Below, piece by piece: positions 1 through 7,093 of a stretch of DNA of 42,572 nucleotides. Position 1 is the first letter of the stretch. Each line of letters starts with the position of its first letter. The stretch covers positions 1 to 42,572 of the IMG/VR virus record IMGVR_UViG_3300045988_038154. One strand, 5' to 3'. A model generated the notes under the pieces. The model made no database searches and had not been told where the DNA came from. It worked only from the letters and a program-made list of their open reading frames with translations. The position numbers were made by a program, and so were the translations under genes. Origin of the DNA: a virus.

Positions 1-55
1 AACACCTTGTGGCGGCTCTCCTTGGCACGAGAAGGGGGCGGGGGTCAATTTTAAA
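1..55. repeat. 55-bp terminal redundancy identical to 42518..42572 (circular genome or assembly overlap)
   Basis: The string aacaccttgtggcggctctccttggcacgagaagggggcgggggtcaattttaaa is present at both ends of the window. Confidence 0.95.
11..46. other. GC-rich block, candidate cos / terminase recognition core
   Basis: ggcggctctccttggcacgagaagggggcgggggtc is far more GC-rich than its surroundings. It lies between the HNH and TerS genes and is flanked by GGTGT/ACACC motifs. Confidence 0.3.
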
Positions 56-108
56 TCGGGTCGAGGGTTATTACACCACCCTTATTATAAAATCGTGCTA
101 TGGGCTTA

Positions 109-633
109 TTAGAGGGGTTTAACAACGTCCTCTTTTTTGCGGGCTATTAAATCTGCCCACGATGCCACGGAAAGTCGTAGCTCGGTGTTCTGTTTCGTTC
201 TATTTTGACCAGTACCATAGATTTCTTGTTCCAAGGTACGTTTGGTATTATCGCAACTTCTACACGTTGCTACTACGTTTGAAATTTCAGTTCTAAGTTC
301 TGGAGCTATTTCAACGGGTGTTACGTGGTCGCCTATGCGTGCGTCTGGTGTGGTCACACCCAAGGCAAGACAGTACTGACATAGATAGTTGTCACGTTCT
401 AATGCAATCTTGCGAATAGAAGACCAAATCTTTGAACGATAGAACGCATACCGTTCCTTACTCTCATCGTCTCGGTTCCTTACTCGTGTGTTGTATCTCG
501 TCCGTGAATATCTCTGCCTCTCTTGTGTGTACGCTGCTTCCATGTCCTTGTGCGTGGTACAGTAGTGTGCTGGTCTCTCTGTTAAGGCATGGCACCCCTC
601 TGCCTTACATCGTCTGACCATTGGCATTGGCAT
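109..633 (-). CDS. HNH endonuclease, terminase-associated
   Basis: CQYC...GDHVTP...CRSCDNTK HNH/Zn-finger motifs. It is adjacent to TerS across the circular junction. Confidence 0.85.
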   Translation of the reverse strand: MPMPMVRRCKAEGCHALTERPAHYCTTHKDMEAAYTQERQRYSRTRYNTRVRNRDDESKERYAFYRSKIWSSIRKIALERDNYLCQYCLALGVTTPDARIGDHVTPVEIAPELRTEISNVVATCRSCDNTKRTLEQEIYGTGQNRTKQNTELRLSVASWADLIARKKEDVVKPL

Positions 634-656
634 ACCTCCTTTCAGATAAAGTAAAA

Positions 657-678
657 GAAGAACACTCCTGTGTCCTTC
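657..678 (-). terminator. Stem-loop plus U-rich tract between the late regulator gene and the HNH gene (terminator or attenuator)
   Basis: Minus-strand RNA reads GAAGGACAC-AGGA-GUGUUCUUC followed by UUUUACUUUAU. One pair is G.U on the minus strand but an A.C mismatch on the plus strand. Confidence 0.4.
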
Positions 679-747
679 TGATTCGATAATACTATGTTAC
701 CACGTTGGTAGTATGATGGTGTATGGATTGGTATATACCACTATAAA

Positions 748-1146
748 TCAATCCAAATACTTCTCAGCCTGTCTTAACTTAACGTAGTATGTAGCTTTAC
801 TAAAGCCCATGCGGTCGCATATCTGCCAGATATCCAGCTGGTCTATATATACCATTTGCAGTAGTGACCTGGCATCTATGTCCCCCACGTTTGCTATCTG
901 CCGGCGAAACTCTAGTTTCTGTTTGATAGCTTCAGCGGTAAAACGTTCTACTTCTTCACGGGCTGTCATAAGCTCCACATAGATATCGTCCTTACCCTTA
1001 CGTTTGCCACCTTTGACCATGTCTGTTTGCATTGCACCAGCCGTTACTTTTAGTGCTTGCGATTCCAGTCGTTTGATTTGTTCTATCTGACTGTCAATGT
1101 ATCTATCAAGCGCCTTGATCTGTTGCAGCCGTTCCACTGTTCTCAT
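748..1146 (-). CDS. Late transcriptional regulator, DUF1492 / sigma-70 region-4-like (ArpU/RinA functional class)
   Basis: Size, position immediately upstream of the packaging genes, and a C-terminal HTH-like GFSKATYYVKLRQAEKYL. Confidence 0.6.
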   Translation of the reverse strand: MRTVERLQQIKALDRYIDSQIEQIKRLESQALKVTAGAMQTDMVKGGKRKGKDDIYVELMTAREEVERFTAEAIKQKLEFRRQIANVGDIDARSLLQMVYIDQLDIWQICDRMGFSKATYYVKLRQAEKYLD

Positions 1147-1420
1147 AAATTACATTCCTTTATGGTATAATATTATTAATAGCGTTTGAACAGTCCTGGG
1201 CATTAGTCTGGGTCTTTTTTGTTTACAAGAATAAAGAAGGATTAAGTTATCACCTCCCATGCGTTAGATTTAGTCTTGCCACCAGTAATGCAGAGACTAG
1301 GGTGAAAAGAAATCAAAAAGGATTCCTCGATTCTAATTATTTATTTACTGGGTTTGTTGAGCAAGGTCTGTCAGCTTGCTCGATGTTGAAAAAGTGTCTC
1401 TTGGATAGTGTGACAGACAA

Positions 1421-1462
1421 TAGCTAGCGAGGGAGTCGAACCCTCGTAAACTGTTCTAGCTA
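1421..1462 (-). ncRNA. tRNA-like acceptor-stem / T-arm minihelix (not a full tRNA)
   Basis: Minus strand reads TAGCTAG-aacagttta-CGAGGG-TTCGACT-CCCTCG-CTAGCTA. The T-loop is canonical GGTTCGACTCC and it sits inside a 7-bp outer stem. Confidence 0.35.
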
Positions 1463-1666
1463 CACGCCTAACATGTAGGCTGTATAAAGAGCTTTTTTGA
1501 CCGTGGTCTTCTCACGACCTACCCTGCCTTTGTTACGATATTCTAGGGTTATGCGATCAACTTCATCGTCCAACCTCTCGCTCCATTCATAGTTATTAAA
1601 TACATAATCAATAATCTCACTAAATAACCCTCTCGAAAGTAGCCCTTCCATTTGAATAGCTTTCAA
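1460..1666 (-). CDS. Hypothetical protein (TTG start in the track; start uncertain)
   Basis: ORF in the operon frame with no recognised motif. Codon 1 is TTG and an internal ATG occurs at codon 6. Confidence 0.5.
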   Translation of the reverse strand: MKAIQMEGLLSRGLFSEIIDYVFNNYEWSERLDDEVDRITLEYRNKGRVGREKTTVKKALYTAYMLGV

Positions 1667-1671
1667 AGGCG

Positions 1672-2169
1672 TTAGAGCAGCTTTTTCCGCATAGCACAGA
1701 TTGAGGGCGTTTTGGGTTCTGTTAGCATTTTTTGGCCACAGTCCTTGACGTCTCTAATATAGTTGTTTAGATTGTTAGGGTGTTCCTTGCGTAGTTCTTC
1801 CACTTCTTCTTGAAACCGTTTAAACAAGTCCTCTGGCAGTCCTGCGTTGGTTTTCTCCAACAGCGGGCGCGTGGTTTTGCCTCTTGTGTAATTGGTAGAT
1901 AGATAATCTTGAAGGTCGTCGAATAGTTCATCGGAGATAATGCCTTCTAGTCTCTCGACAGTTTGAGGTGAGATTCTCGCACGTTCCACTACTGCACTAT
2001 TAAACGCTTGATAAATGATGCGTGCTTGTAACTCACTGCATTGTTTCACATCTTGAAAGAACTGCTTATAAGAGCCTTTTTTGTGTGTTTTTCTTAGTGC
2101 TGCATGTTCATCAACCAACCGTTGATATAATTCTGGTGTTAGTCCTGAATATTTATATTTAACGCTCAT
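1672..2169 (-). CDS. Hypothetical protein with an internal duplication
   Basis: The likely start is MSVKYKY, preceded by GAGAGGTGA. The track ORF extends to 2247 but overlaps the upstream gene. The motif GL.PE.L..R...E...LRK.H......DVK.C occurs twice. Confidence 0.65.
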   Translation of the reverse strand: MSVKYKYSGLTPELYQRLVDEHAALRKTHKKGSYKQFFQDVKQCSELQARIIYQAFNSAVVERARISPQTVERLEGIISDELFDDLQDYLSTNYTRGKTTRPLLEKTNAGLPEDLFKRFQEEVEELRKEHPNNLNNYIRDVKDCGQKMLTEPKTPSICAMRKKLL

Positions 2170-2174
2170 GGGTG

Positions 2175-2414
2175 TCACCTCTCTATCACTTTGTGATCTG
2201 TGACATATCCCTCTAACGAGATTTCTATAAGTTCTCCAGAACTCCACTCATATCGGCCTTGTTTGACTATAACTGTCGACAGTGTCCGTCTGAACAGCGG
2301 GTCCATCCCGCAGACAATAGCCATATCTTTTCTAAAACGTCCGCGTTCAAAAACCACATCATAGAGTTTTGAGACGTTTTTCATTACCGCTTTTTTTCGC
2401 TGCCGCTTGTTCAT
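2175..2414 (-). CDS. Hypothetical protein
   Basis: ATG start; tightly packed in the operon. Confidence 0.6.
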   Translation of the reverse strand: MNKRQRKKAVMKNVSKLYDVVFERGRFRKDMAIVCGMDPLFRRTLSTVIVKQGRYEWSSGELIEISLEGYVTDHKVIER

Positions 2415-2707
2415 TGACCTCTCCCTCTTAAATAGCTGGGAATATCATCCCCAATATTCACGCTGTCGTACCGCTCTTTGCTTACAAGGAATTTACCGTA
2501 AGCTCCACAGTCAATAGTGTAGAGATCATTAATTTTCTCTTTCCCGGTCACCTTACCGTGCATCTCTGCGCCCACGTTATCTACACGATGGATAGTTACT
2601 GTCTCTACCCTGCGTGGCACTGTCAGGACGTAGTAGACTGACAGCGTGTTGATAGCTAGTGATACTAGTAGTATGATTGTCGCTATCGTTAAATCTTTAT
2701 GTTTCAC
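2411..2707 (-). CDS. Small membrane-anchored protein (one N-terminal TM helix)
   Basis: GTG start 7 nt after AAGGAG. Hydrophobic segment LTIATIILLVSLAINTLSVYYVL. Confidence 0.65.
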   Translation of the reverse strand: MKHKDLTIATIILLVSLAINTLSVYYVLTVPRRVETVTIHRVDNVGAEMHGKVTGKEKINDLYTIDCGAYGKFLVSKERYDSVNIGDDIPSYLRGRGQ

Positions 2708-3458
2708 TCATAAACTCCTTATATACTTTTTCGAAAATCTCACAGACCAGACTTTGAGGAACGTTTGATCTCTCATTATAGGATTTCGTCCAATCTTGAA
2801 ATTTGATGTCATTTGATTTCTTTACATTTTTAAGATTCAGTTCAATATTTCCAGAAAATCGAGTTGGTTTAGAAATCGGATAATCATCATAATTGTTGTA
2901 CCTTGTATGATTCTCAAACGGGATTTCGAAACCCAACACTCTCTCGATGTATTGCCAAATTCTGCCATGAGCTGGGTTCTCTATGATCCAATATTTTGGC
3001 TTATATCGTTTAATGATTTCAACTGTATTGAACACACACAATTCACCATTAATGCGTTTCATAAGTTGTTTATTTGGATAATATTGATATCTGTCATAAT
3101 CCTTATGATCACGAACGGTAAATATCGACAAGGGTTCTTGTGGTTGAAATAAAGAGTCGCCTTGCTCTTGTTTCCAACACGCATTACCTCTATCCATGGC
3201 ACTAGCGTTAGACCAACTTTCGCACGGTGGACTGGCAATAATCAGATCAGGTTTAGGCAATTTGTCCAATGTGTCAAATAAGGTGTTATCTCCAAACAAA
3301 CGGCTATAATCAGCTAAATTCAGATTGATAAAATGATGATTTTTATTTTCAATATCAATGCCTATTGGATAGATTTCAATATCTTTGTCTAGTTTCTTAA
3401 CGCCCTTGGTATATGATCCGTTTCCACTGTCAAATAACGCCCAGACAATCATTTTCAA
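2697..3458 (-). CDS. Small DNA cytosine-5 methyltransferase-like protein (orphan)
   Basis: LFDSGNG (motif I-like), ASPPCESWS (Pro-Cys motif IV-like), WIIENP (motif VI ENV-like) and RSNVPQ (motif X GNxVP-like), in C5-MTase order. Confidence 0.5.
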   Translation of the reverse strand: MKMIVWALFDSGNGSYTKGVKKLDKDIEIYPIGIDIENKNHHFINLNLADYSRLFGDNTLFDTLDKLPKPDLIIASPPCESWSNASAMDRGNACWKQEQGDSLFQPQEPLSIFTVRDHKDYDRYQYYPNKQLMKRINGELCVFNTVEIIKRYKPKYWIIENPAHGRIWQYIERVLGFEIPFENHTRYNNYDDYPISKPTRFSGNIELNLKNVKKSNDIKFQDWTKSYNERSNVPQSLVCEIFEKVYKEFMSET

Positions 3459-3973
3459 AGATCTTCCTCCTTGACGAATGTTCCATTTATCATCTTTCCC
3501 TTTCTGTTCTTAATCTCCTCGTAAGCAATACCGAGACACTCAGTCACATCGAGGTCTAGTTGATGTGCTAGTACGATAATTGTTACCAGCGTGTCACCGA
3601 TAGCGTCTTTCAGTGCTGCTTGTGGTTCCGTGAATTTCGTCGGTTTCAAGAGTACATCCCGAATTTCTCCGACTTCCTCAGTTACACGCATCCACTGAAT
3701 CTTTGGGTCAGCTTGTTTTAAGCTGCGTTCGTCTGCCCAATCGTTGACCTTGTCGATTAGTTCAGTAATCCCGTCCTTTGCCGGTGCATCAAGCCCCAAC
3801 AGATAACCAACGCTAACACCGAAATATTCAGCCAGCTTTTTGGCTTCCGCCATACTGATTTTGTCGGTTCCGTGTTCCCATCTTAAAACCCTCAGTTTTG
3901 GCACTGCTATTTTTTCGGCTACCTCGACGATGGTTAGATTTTTCTGTTCTCGTAGATATCTAAGCTTGTTCAT
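3455..3973 (-). CDS. XRE-type HTH fused to a MazG-like nucleotide pyrophosphohydrolase domain
   Basis: The N-terminal end has QKNLTIVEVAEKIAVPKLRVLRWEHG (HTH_3-like). The C-terminal end has TEEVGEI and AIGDTLVTIIVLAHQLDLD (MazG EExxE / D..GD motifs). Confidence 0.75.
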   Translation of the reverse strand: MNKLRYLREQKNLTIVEVAEKIAVPKLRVLRWEHGTDKISMAEAKKLAEYFGVSVGYLLGLDAPAKDGITELIDKVNDWADERSLKQADPKIQWMRVTEEVGEIRDVLLKPTKFTEPQAALKDAIGDTLVTIIVLAHQLDLDVTECLGIAYEEIKNRKGKMINGTFVKEEDL

Positions 3974-4154
3974 TGTGCGTCCTCATGTCTAAATAATCTC
4001 TAAAACTTTGAAATTTGCTGTATTCAGATATTGTCTTTTCAAGTGATTCTTCCACTAGAGCTGAAAGACTTTTGTAATTTCCGTACTCTTTCAAAGCTAA
4101 GATGTGTGTGAATAGATCACTGGAAATTGTAGCCTGCACTCTCTTGCTCACCAC
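3960..4154 (-). CDS. Hypothetical protein
   Basis: GTG start after AAGGAGGTGGA. Confidence 0.55.
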   Translation of the reverse strand: MVSKRVQATISSDLFTHILALKEYGNYKSLSALVEESLEKTISEYSKFQSFRDYLDMRTHNEQA

Positions 4155-4196
4155 TCCACCTCCTTAACTTCAACGCCCGGGCAGTCGAATACCCAC

Positions 4197-4742
4197 TTAT
4201 TGAACATCATATCCATAATATCTCCCCTTGCTGCCGATTCCAGTTTTTATTAAAGTTGTCGCCCACGAGGGACTTTTCCCAAAAAACGCACTTGCTTCTC
4301 GTCGTGTTTCAAAAAAATATTTTTTAGATTCCAAAATATCTATTATGACGCAAGCTTTCTTAGTCTTTTTCGTCATATCCTGCATGTGTTTATCGCTTGA
4401 TACTTCGGCTAATCCGTTTTGGTACGCTCTTCTTGTGTTCTCCAAGCCCGTTACCCACTCTAAGTTTTTTACGCAATTATCTGTTTTGATTCCATTAATA
4501 TGATCTACTTGAGGTAAATTGCCTGGATTCGGTATAAAGGCCTTAGCAACTAATCTATGAGCTCTAAATGTTTTTTGTTTCCTTTTCCCCTTTGTCCCAA
4601 CTTGAAGATTTATTAGCACATACCCATGACGTTTCACAATTCTTGACCTTACATTCTTTTTAGTTAACTTATTCCTAAATTCGCCATTTTCAGACACTTC
4701 ATAATCCGGTGCTTCTAAAATCGTTTTCCATTCTTCATTCAA
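4197..4742 (-). CDS. Free-standing HNH homing endonuclease (NUMOD4 + HNH_3 type)
   Basis: N-terminal WK.I...PDYEVSENGEFRN (NUMOD4-like); AHRLVAKAF...VDHINGIKTDNCVKNLEWVT..EN (HNH). Confidence 0.8.
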   Translation of the reverse strand: MNEEWKTILEAPDYEVSENGEFRNKLTKKNVRSRIVKRHGYVLINLQVGTKGKRKQKTFRAHRLVAKAFIPNPGNLPQVDHINGIKTDNCVKNLEWVTGLENTRRAYQNGLAEVSSDKHMQDMTKKTKKACVIIDILESKKYFFETRREASAFFGKSPSWATTLIKTGIGSKGRYYGYDVQ

Positions 4743-5250
4743 CTTCTTTAACCTCTACTCCTTCACAAGAGAAAACCCAGCCAAAGCCGTTCGCTTCTAG
4801 CTCTGTTCTCGTAAAACTTCCACCCTCACTATATTGAGTCCTTGTAAACTGTGGCGTTAATTCCTCGTTGTTTAAGTAATATTTGCCTAGATATTGCCCT
4901 AAACGACCTTTAATTTTAACCGTATACCTAGGCTCTTTCTCGACCTCATAGCCGAACTGGTGCATGTTGACGAGGGTAGTGAGCGTGTCGTTACCCTCGT
5001 CAATCAACCATTTCTCGAATTCATCTAACTTATCACTGGGGTAGCTATCCACAGCAATATAGATAAATCGAAATAAGTTTATTTCAAATCCGTCCTTATG
5101 TTCCTCATACCAATCCGCCACATACTGCGGAACTACTGGTTTAGGAAAGAATGAGTCATATAGGTCTTCTGCGTAAGATACAGAACCACCAGATATCCTT
5201 GATATTGTCCGTACCGCTTCTTCTCGGCTTATTGCTTCATTTCTATCCAT
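4735..5250 (-). CDS. Hypothetical protein (resembles streptococcal phage DUF1642 proteins)
   Basis: Size and context; the family assignment is from memory only. Confidence 0.6.
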   Translation of the reverse strand: MDRNEAISREEAVRTISRISGGSVSYAEDLYDSFFPKPVVPQYVADWYEEHKDGFEINLFRFIYIAVDSYPSDKLDEFEKWLIDEGNDTLTTLVNMHQFGYEVEKEPRYTVKIKGRLGQYLGKYYLNNEELTPQFTRTQYSEGGSFTRTELEANGFGWVFSCEGVEVKEVE

Positions 5251-5463
5251 CTAATCCAACTCCTTATAAATGATTAATGCTGATGTATGGCAATATGTAG
5301 CACTAACACCGCTGTCGGCCACGCTTGAAATATTCGACTGATATTTGATATCAATGATTTTAATTTGTGGATTCTCTTCGATAAACTCATTAATCAATTC
5401 GTCGATGTCTTTGTAATCGGTGAATCCATATTTAACATCTAACCACTTCGTTCTAATCATCAT
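5251..5463 (-). CDS. Hypothetical protein
   Basis: The likely start is MMIRTKW after GGAGGAAA; the track ORF runs to 5487. Confidence 0.6.
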   Translation of the reverse strand: MMIRTKWLDVKYGFTDYKDIDELINEFIEENPQIKIIDIKYQSNISSVADSGVSATYCHTSALIIYKELD

Positions 5464-5605
5464 TTTCCTCCATCCAAACAATAGCATCCACTGCCATGCT
5501 TAACTTCTTCAACGCTTCAACATATTTCAGTGCCTCTTCCTTGTCTGTGAAATGGCACTCTTTAACATCATCCATTGTGAGTGCTACTCGTACTATCCAC
5601 CGCAT
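5453..5605 (-). CDS. Small ORF (50 aa) not in the supplied track
   Basis: Hand translation gives MRWIVRVALTMDDVKECHFTDKEEALKYVEALKKLSMAVDAIVWMEENDD. GGTGGAG lies 8 nt upstream. Confidence 0.45.
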   Translation of the reverse strand: MRWIVRVALTMDDVKECHFTDKEEALKYVEALKKLSMAVDAIVWMEENDD

Positions 5606-5751
5606 TCGATTAACTCCACCGTATACATCCTAGAATTGCGATATTTAACGCCTCTCAAACGATGTAGCTCGTTGATAGCGTCGTTTTTGTTATTGAAAAT
5701 ATGCTCACTGTCTGGCATATTGTCGTAATATACGATTACTTTGTATTTCAT
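5593..5751 (-). CDS. Small ORF (52 aa) not in the supplied track
   Basis: Hand translation gives MKYKVIVYYDNMPDSEHIFNNKNDAINELHRLRGVKYRNSRMYTVELIECGG. It has an ATGA overlap with the upstream ORF. Confidence 0.45.
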   Translation of the reverse strand: MKYKVIVYYDNMPDSEHIFNNKNDAINELHRLRGVKYRNSRMYTVELIECGG

Positions 5752-5918
5752 AACTTGACTAATCTCCTTCCATTCTCCGATGTTCTTCGAGCATATACTG
5801 GTGTTCCGTAGTGACTAACACTATTTACTGATACGCCCAATTGTTCAGCGATTTCACGCTTGGTGCCCATAGCCAGTAATTCATCGCCTTTATACAAGGC
5901 ATACTCTTTCACTTGCAT
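5748..5918 (-). CDS. Small ORF (56 aa), HTH-like, not in the supplied track
   Basis: Hand translation gives MQVKEYALYKGDELLAMGTKREIAEQLGVSVNSVSHYGTPVYARRTSENGRRLVKL. GAGGA lies upstream. Confidence 0.45.
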   Translation of the reverse strand: MQVKEYALYKGDELLAMGTKREIAEQLGVSVNSVSHYGTPVYARRTSENGRRLVKL

Positions 5919-6145
5919 AATTCCATCATCCTCGTAAGTAATTCTTCATCCGGTAACTGCTCAAGGGTTAAGATACGATTGAGCTTCTTTGCACTGATTC
6001 CTAGCTTAGCGCTGATATATTCCATATCTTCCTGATTAGCCCAGAACCACTTCGAGAATTCTTGTGTTTGACCTAATACACTTGTGTGATCATAACTCCC
6101 TGGAGCATATACACCGACTAGCTTGTCTTTATATTTGCTGTTCAT
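5909..6145 (-). CDS. Hypothetical protein
   Basis: ORF in the operon, overlapping the RusA stop. Confidence 0.6.
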   Translation of the reverse strand: MNSKYKDKLVGVYAPGSYDHTSVLGQTQEFSKWFWANQEDMEYISAKLGISAKKLNRILTLEQLPDEELLTRMMELCK

Positions 6146-6603
6146 TCCAGCTCCTTGATCTCTAATTCAATGCGTGGGTTAGGACTGTACTTCTTGCGAG
6201 CTCTTAAATCGCAAACGATACTGTCATCCGTCCAGACGATACCCTTCTTATCAACTTTGTTGTAACCAGCTTTTGAAATGCTGTCAAAGAGTGCTTTTAC
6301 CAGATTATCAACATCCGGGATTTTCGCATGCCAAAGTCTTTCATCCATGAATCGCTTGAATGCATCCCACGTTTTAGCTCTAGCTTTTGGCGTGGGTTTT
6401 TTTGACACATTCAACGGGGCTTTCATATAAAACGTGACATCTACTGAAATCGGACCGTCAAAGAATTGCCCGTCGTATTCTTGCTCAATAAGTTGCGAGC
6501 ACTGACGACGCCATGCCTTCATTTTAGGGTCTTCATAAGTTCCAAACTTGCTAAATCGTGGCCTTGTTTGAGGTTTAGGCTCGATATTTAAAGTCATTTT
6601 CAT
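6142..6603 (-). CDS. rusA: RusA-family Holliday junction resolvase
   Basis: PKPQTRPRF...PDVDNLVKALFDSI...WTDDSIV, typical RusA motifs. Confidence 0.85.
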   Translation of the reverse strand: MKMTLNIEPKPQTRPRFSKFGTYEDPKMKAWRRQCSQLIEQEYDGQFFDGPISVDVTFYMKAPLNVSKKPTPKARAKTWDAFKRFMDERLWHAKIPDVDNLVKALFDSISKAGYNKVDKKGIVWTDDSIVCDLRARKKYSPNPRIELEIKELE

Positions 6604-6611
6604 GCTGCACC

Positions 6612-7076
6612 TCAGAAGGGTAGGTCTGAATCTTGGATATCCATAGGGTTGCTATTCCCGTAAGCATAGTTGCCTTGCCCGAAGTTTTGGTTTTGCGGTT
6701 GTGGTGCTTGCTGGCCAATTGTATTGCCTTGATTTGCATTACTGCCTTCACGCGCTGCACGGCTTTCTAGCATTTGGAAGTTCTCAGCGACAACCTCAGT
6801 CACGTAAACACGTTGGCCTTGCTGATTCTCGTAGCTACGGGTTTGGATGCGTCCGGTGATTCCAATCAATGCGCCTTTTTTAGCCCAATTAGCCAAATTT
6901 TCGGCTTGCTGGCGCCAGATAACGCAGTTAATAAAGTCGGTTTCACGCTCGCCGTTAGCGTCCTTGAAGTTGCGGTTAACCGCAAGACTGAAAGATGCTA
7001 CTGCGATGTTGTTGCCGGTGTATTTTAGTTCTGGGTCTCTTGTTAATCTTCCAACAAGGCAGACTGAATTAATCAT
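6612..7076 (-). CDS. ssb: Single-stranded DNA-binding protein
   Basis: OB-fold N-terminus [20 protein letters not shown], a Gly/Gln/Asn-rich tail and the acidic C-terminal DSDLPF. Confidence 0.95.
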   Translation of the reverse strand: MINSVCLVGRLTRDPELKYTGNNIAVASFSLAVNRNFKDANGERETDFINCVIWRQQAENLANWAKKGALIGITGRIQTRSYENQQGQRVYVTEVVAENFQMLESRAAREGSNANQGNTIGQQAPQPQNQNFGQGNYAYGNSNPMDIQDSDLPF

Positions 7077-7093
7077 TTGTTTTCCCTTTCTCT

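Noticed and set aside
1421-1500. Possible complete tRNA gene on the minus strand
   Set aside because: Only the acceptor stem and T-arm are present. The sequence where the D and anticodon arms should be is the 3' end of ORF 1460-1666, and the only hairpin there (GCCTA-catgt-TAGGC) has a 5-nt loop without U33. It is reported only as a tRNA-like minihelix.
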